The translations under genes were made by a program, and so were the position numbers. Shown one piece after another: positions 63,133 to 64,000 of a DNA stretch of 64,000 bases (within the stretch, counting starts at the first letter, position 1; each line of letters begins with the position of its first letter). Below the pieces are notes generated by a model. It was not told the DNA's origin. It was given only the letters and a program-made list of their open reading frames with translations, and ran no database searches. Source of the stretch: Candidatus Marinacidobacterales bacterium (lineage in GTDB: Bacteria; Acidobacteriota; Vicinamibacteria; Marinacidobacterales; SMYC01); contig CBDCYI010000004.1 of assembly GCA_965224085.1 (NCBI GenBank), positions 1,056,001 to 1,120,000 on the forward strand, given 5' to 3'.

Positions 63133-64000
63133 TCAGGCCTCCTGATAGGCGCGGGCACGAAACAAAAAATCGATGATGTTCCCCTCGTGCGGCTGTAGCC
63201 AGTTGAGACGGATCGTTGGGACGGGACCGACGTTGAGTCGATCGATGTGGACGGCGTCTCGGAGCTGGCTTCGGAAACCCTCGTCCGATGTAATGGCGCT
63301 ACCCACCAACGTGTCGCCAATCGTACCGATCATCTTTTCCTGCGGGCAGTTGACGACGGAGACGAAGGGGAACATATATTCCTGGTTCGCGAGCCAATTA
63401 TCGGGAGACTCACAATGGATGACGGTGGGCCTCAAGTAATCGCACCGTTTATGGGGGACGAGCCGCGCTTCGTCCTCTCCTCGATACTTTCGCGTTACGT
63501 CCTCACTCCCCGCCTCTTCGAGGTGCCGGTCGATTTCATTCGAGATGGCCTCAGCGACACCTGGCACGGTAAAGGCTGCGAGCGCGCTTTCTGGGTCTTC
63601 CGGGGAGCGGGGAGCCACCGGCCCTAGGCGCTCCGCGATGGCTTTTGCTATCTCTTTCGTGTGGCGAGACGCCCAAATGCCGGAGCAGCTGATACAGCTT
63701 CGCCCGCTATTGATCAGTACACTGTCGACCATGACGTCGAGATAGCTCTCCCAGTCGTCCACGACGTCGTCACCGAGCAAAATCTTGCTGAAGCCCGGGC
63801 CGTGTACTTGAACGCGCGGGTCCCCTTTGTAGCGCTCTACCGTTGGTTGGCCGCCGAAGATCATGCTCCTCCTGCAGCTTTTGAGCACCGCGGCACCGAT
63901 GTCCCCGAGGCCCGGATAGATGGAAATCGTTTCCCGAGGCACACCCGCTTCAAAGAAAGCTTCCGCCATCCGATAGGGCGTCCACGGCTCCTGCGGCCCA
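63133..64000 (-). CDS. Divergent aldehyde-dehydrogenase-family protein (5'-partial)
   Basis: EPWTPYR, HGPGFSK, NSGRSCISCS (catalytic Cys), EYMFPF, QPHEGN. The frame is open to the window edge. Confidence 0.85.
   Translation of the reverse strand, partial: GPQEPWTPYRMAEAFFEAGVPRETISIYPGLGDIGAAVLKSCRRSMIFGGQPTVERYKGDPRVQVHGPGFSKILLGDDVVDDWESYLDVMVDSVLINSGRSCISCSGIWASRHTKEIAKAIAERLGPVAPRSPEDPESALAAFTVPGVAEAISNEIDRHLEEAGSEDVTRKYRGEDEARLVPHKRCDYLRPTVIHCESPDNWLANQEYMFPFVSVVNCPQEKMIGTIGDTLVGSAITSDEGFRSQLRDAVHIDRLNVGPVPTIRLNWLQPHEGNIIDFLFRARAYQEA

Overview
GC-rich bacterial DNA whose gene content (ADOP-type duplicated permeases, many BamB/PQQ-like beta-propellers, Tat substrates) suggests Acidobacteria; the taxonomy is an inference. 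I found no rRNA, tRNA or CRISPR array. Two genes split by the ORF track are best read as selenoproteins, each with an in-frame TGA at a Cys position followed by a SECIS-like hairpin: a DUF3179 protein (W-U-P-L-G-N) and the catalytic subunit of an NAD-linked formate dehydrogenase (R-T-U-H). The FDH alpha chain is split, and its N-terminal Fe-S part is encoded last in the operon. A short collapsed second copy of the fdh upstream sequence plus Sec codon lies 1 kb upstream. The two ends of the window carry what look like two halves of one uncharacterised system: three secreted beta-propellers with an Fe-alcohol dehydrogenase (left) and an aldehyde dehydrogenase with an ABC ATPase and an 1100-aa permease (right). 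Between them are a pan/coaX operon, several enzymes, a sigma54-regulated hydrolase, four IS-type elements (two stacked at CTAGCTAG junctions) and about 20 pseudogenes or gene fragments. All family assignments come from motif recognition by eye, not from database searches.
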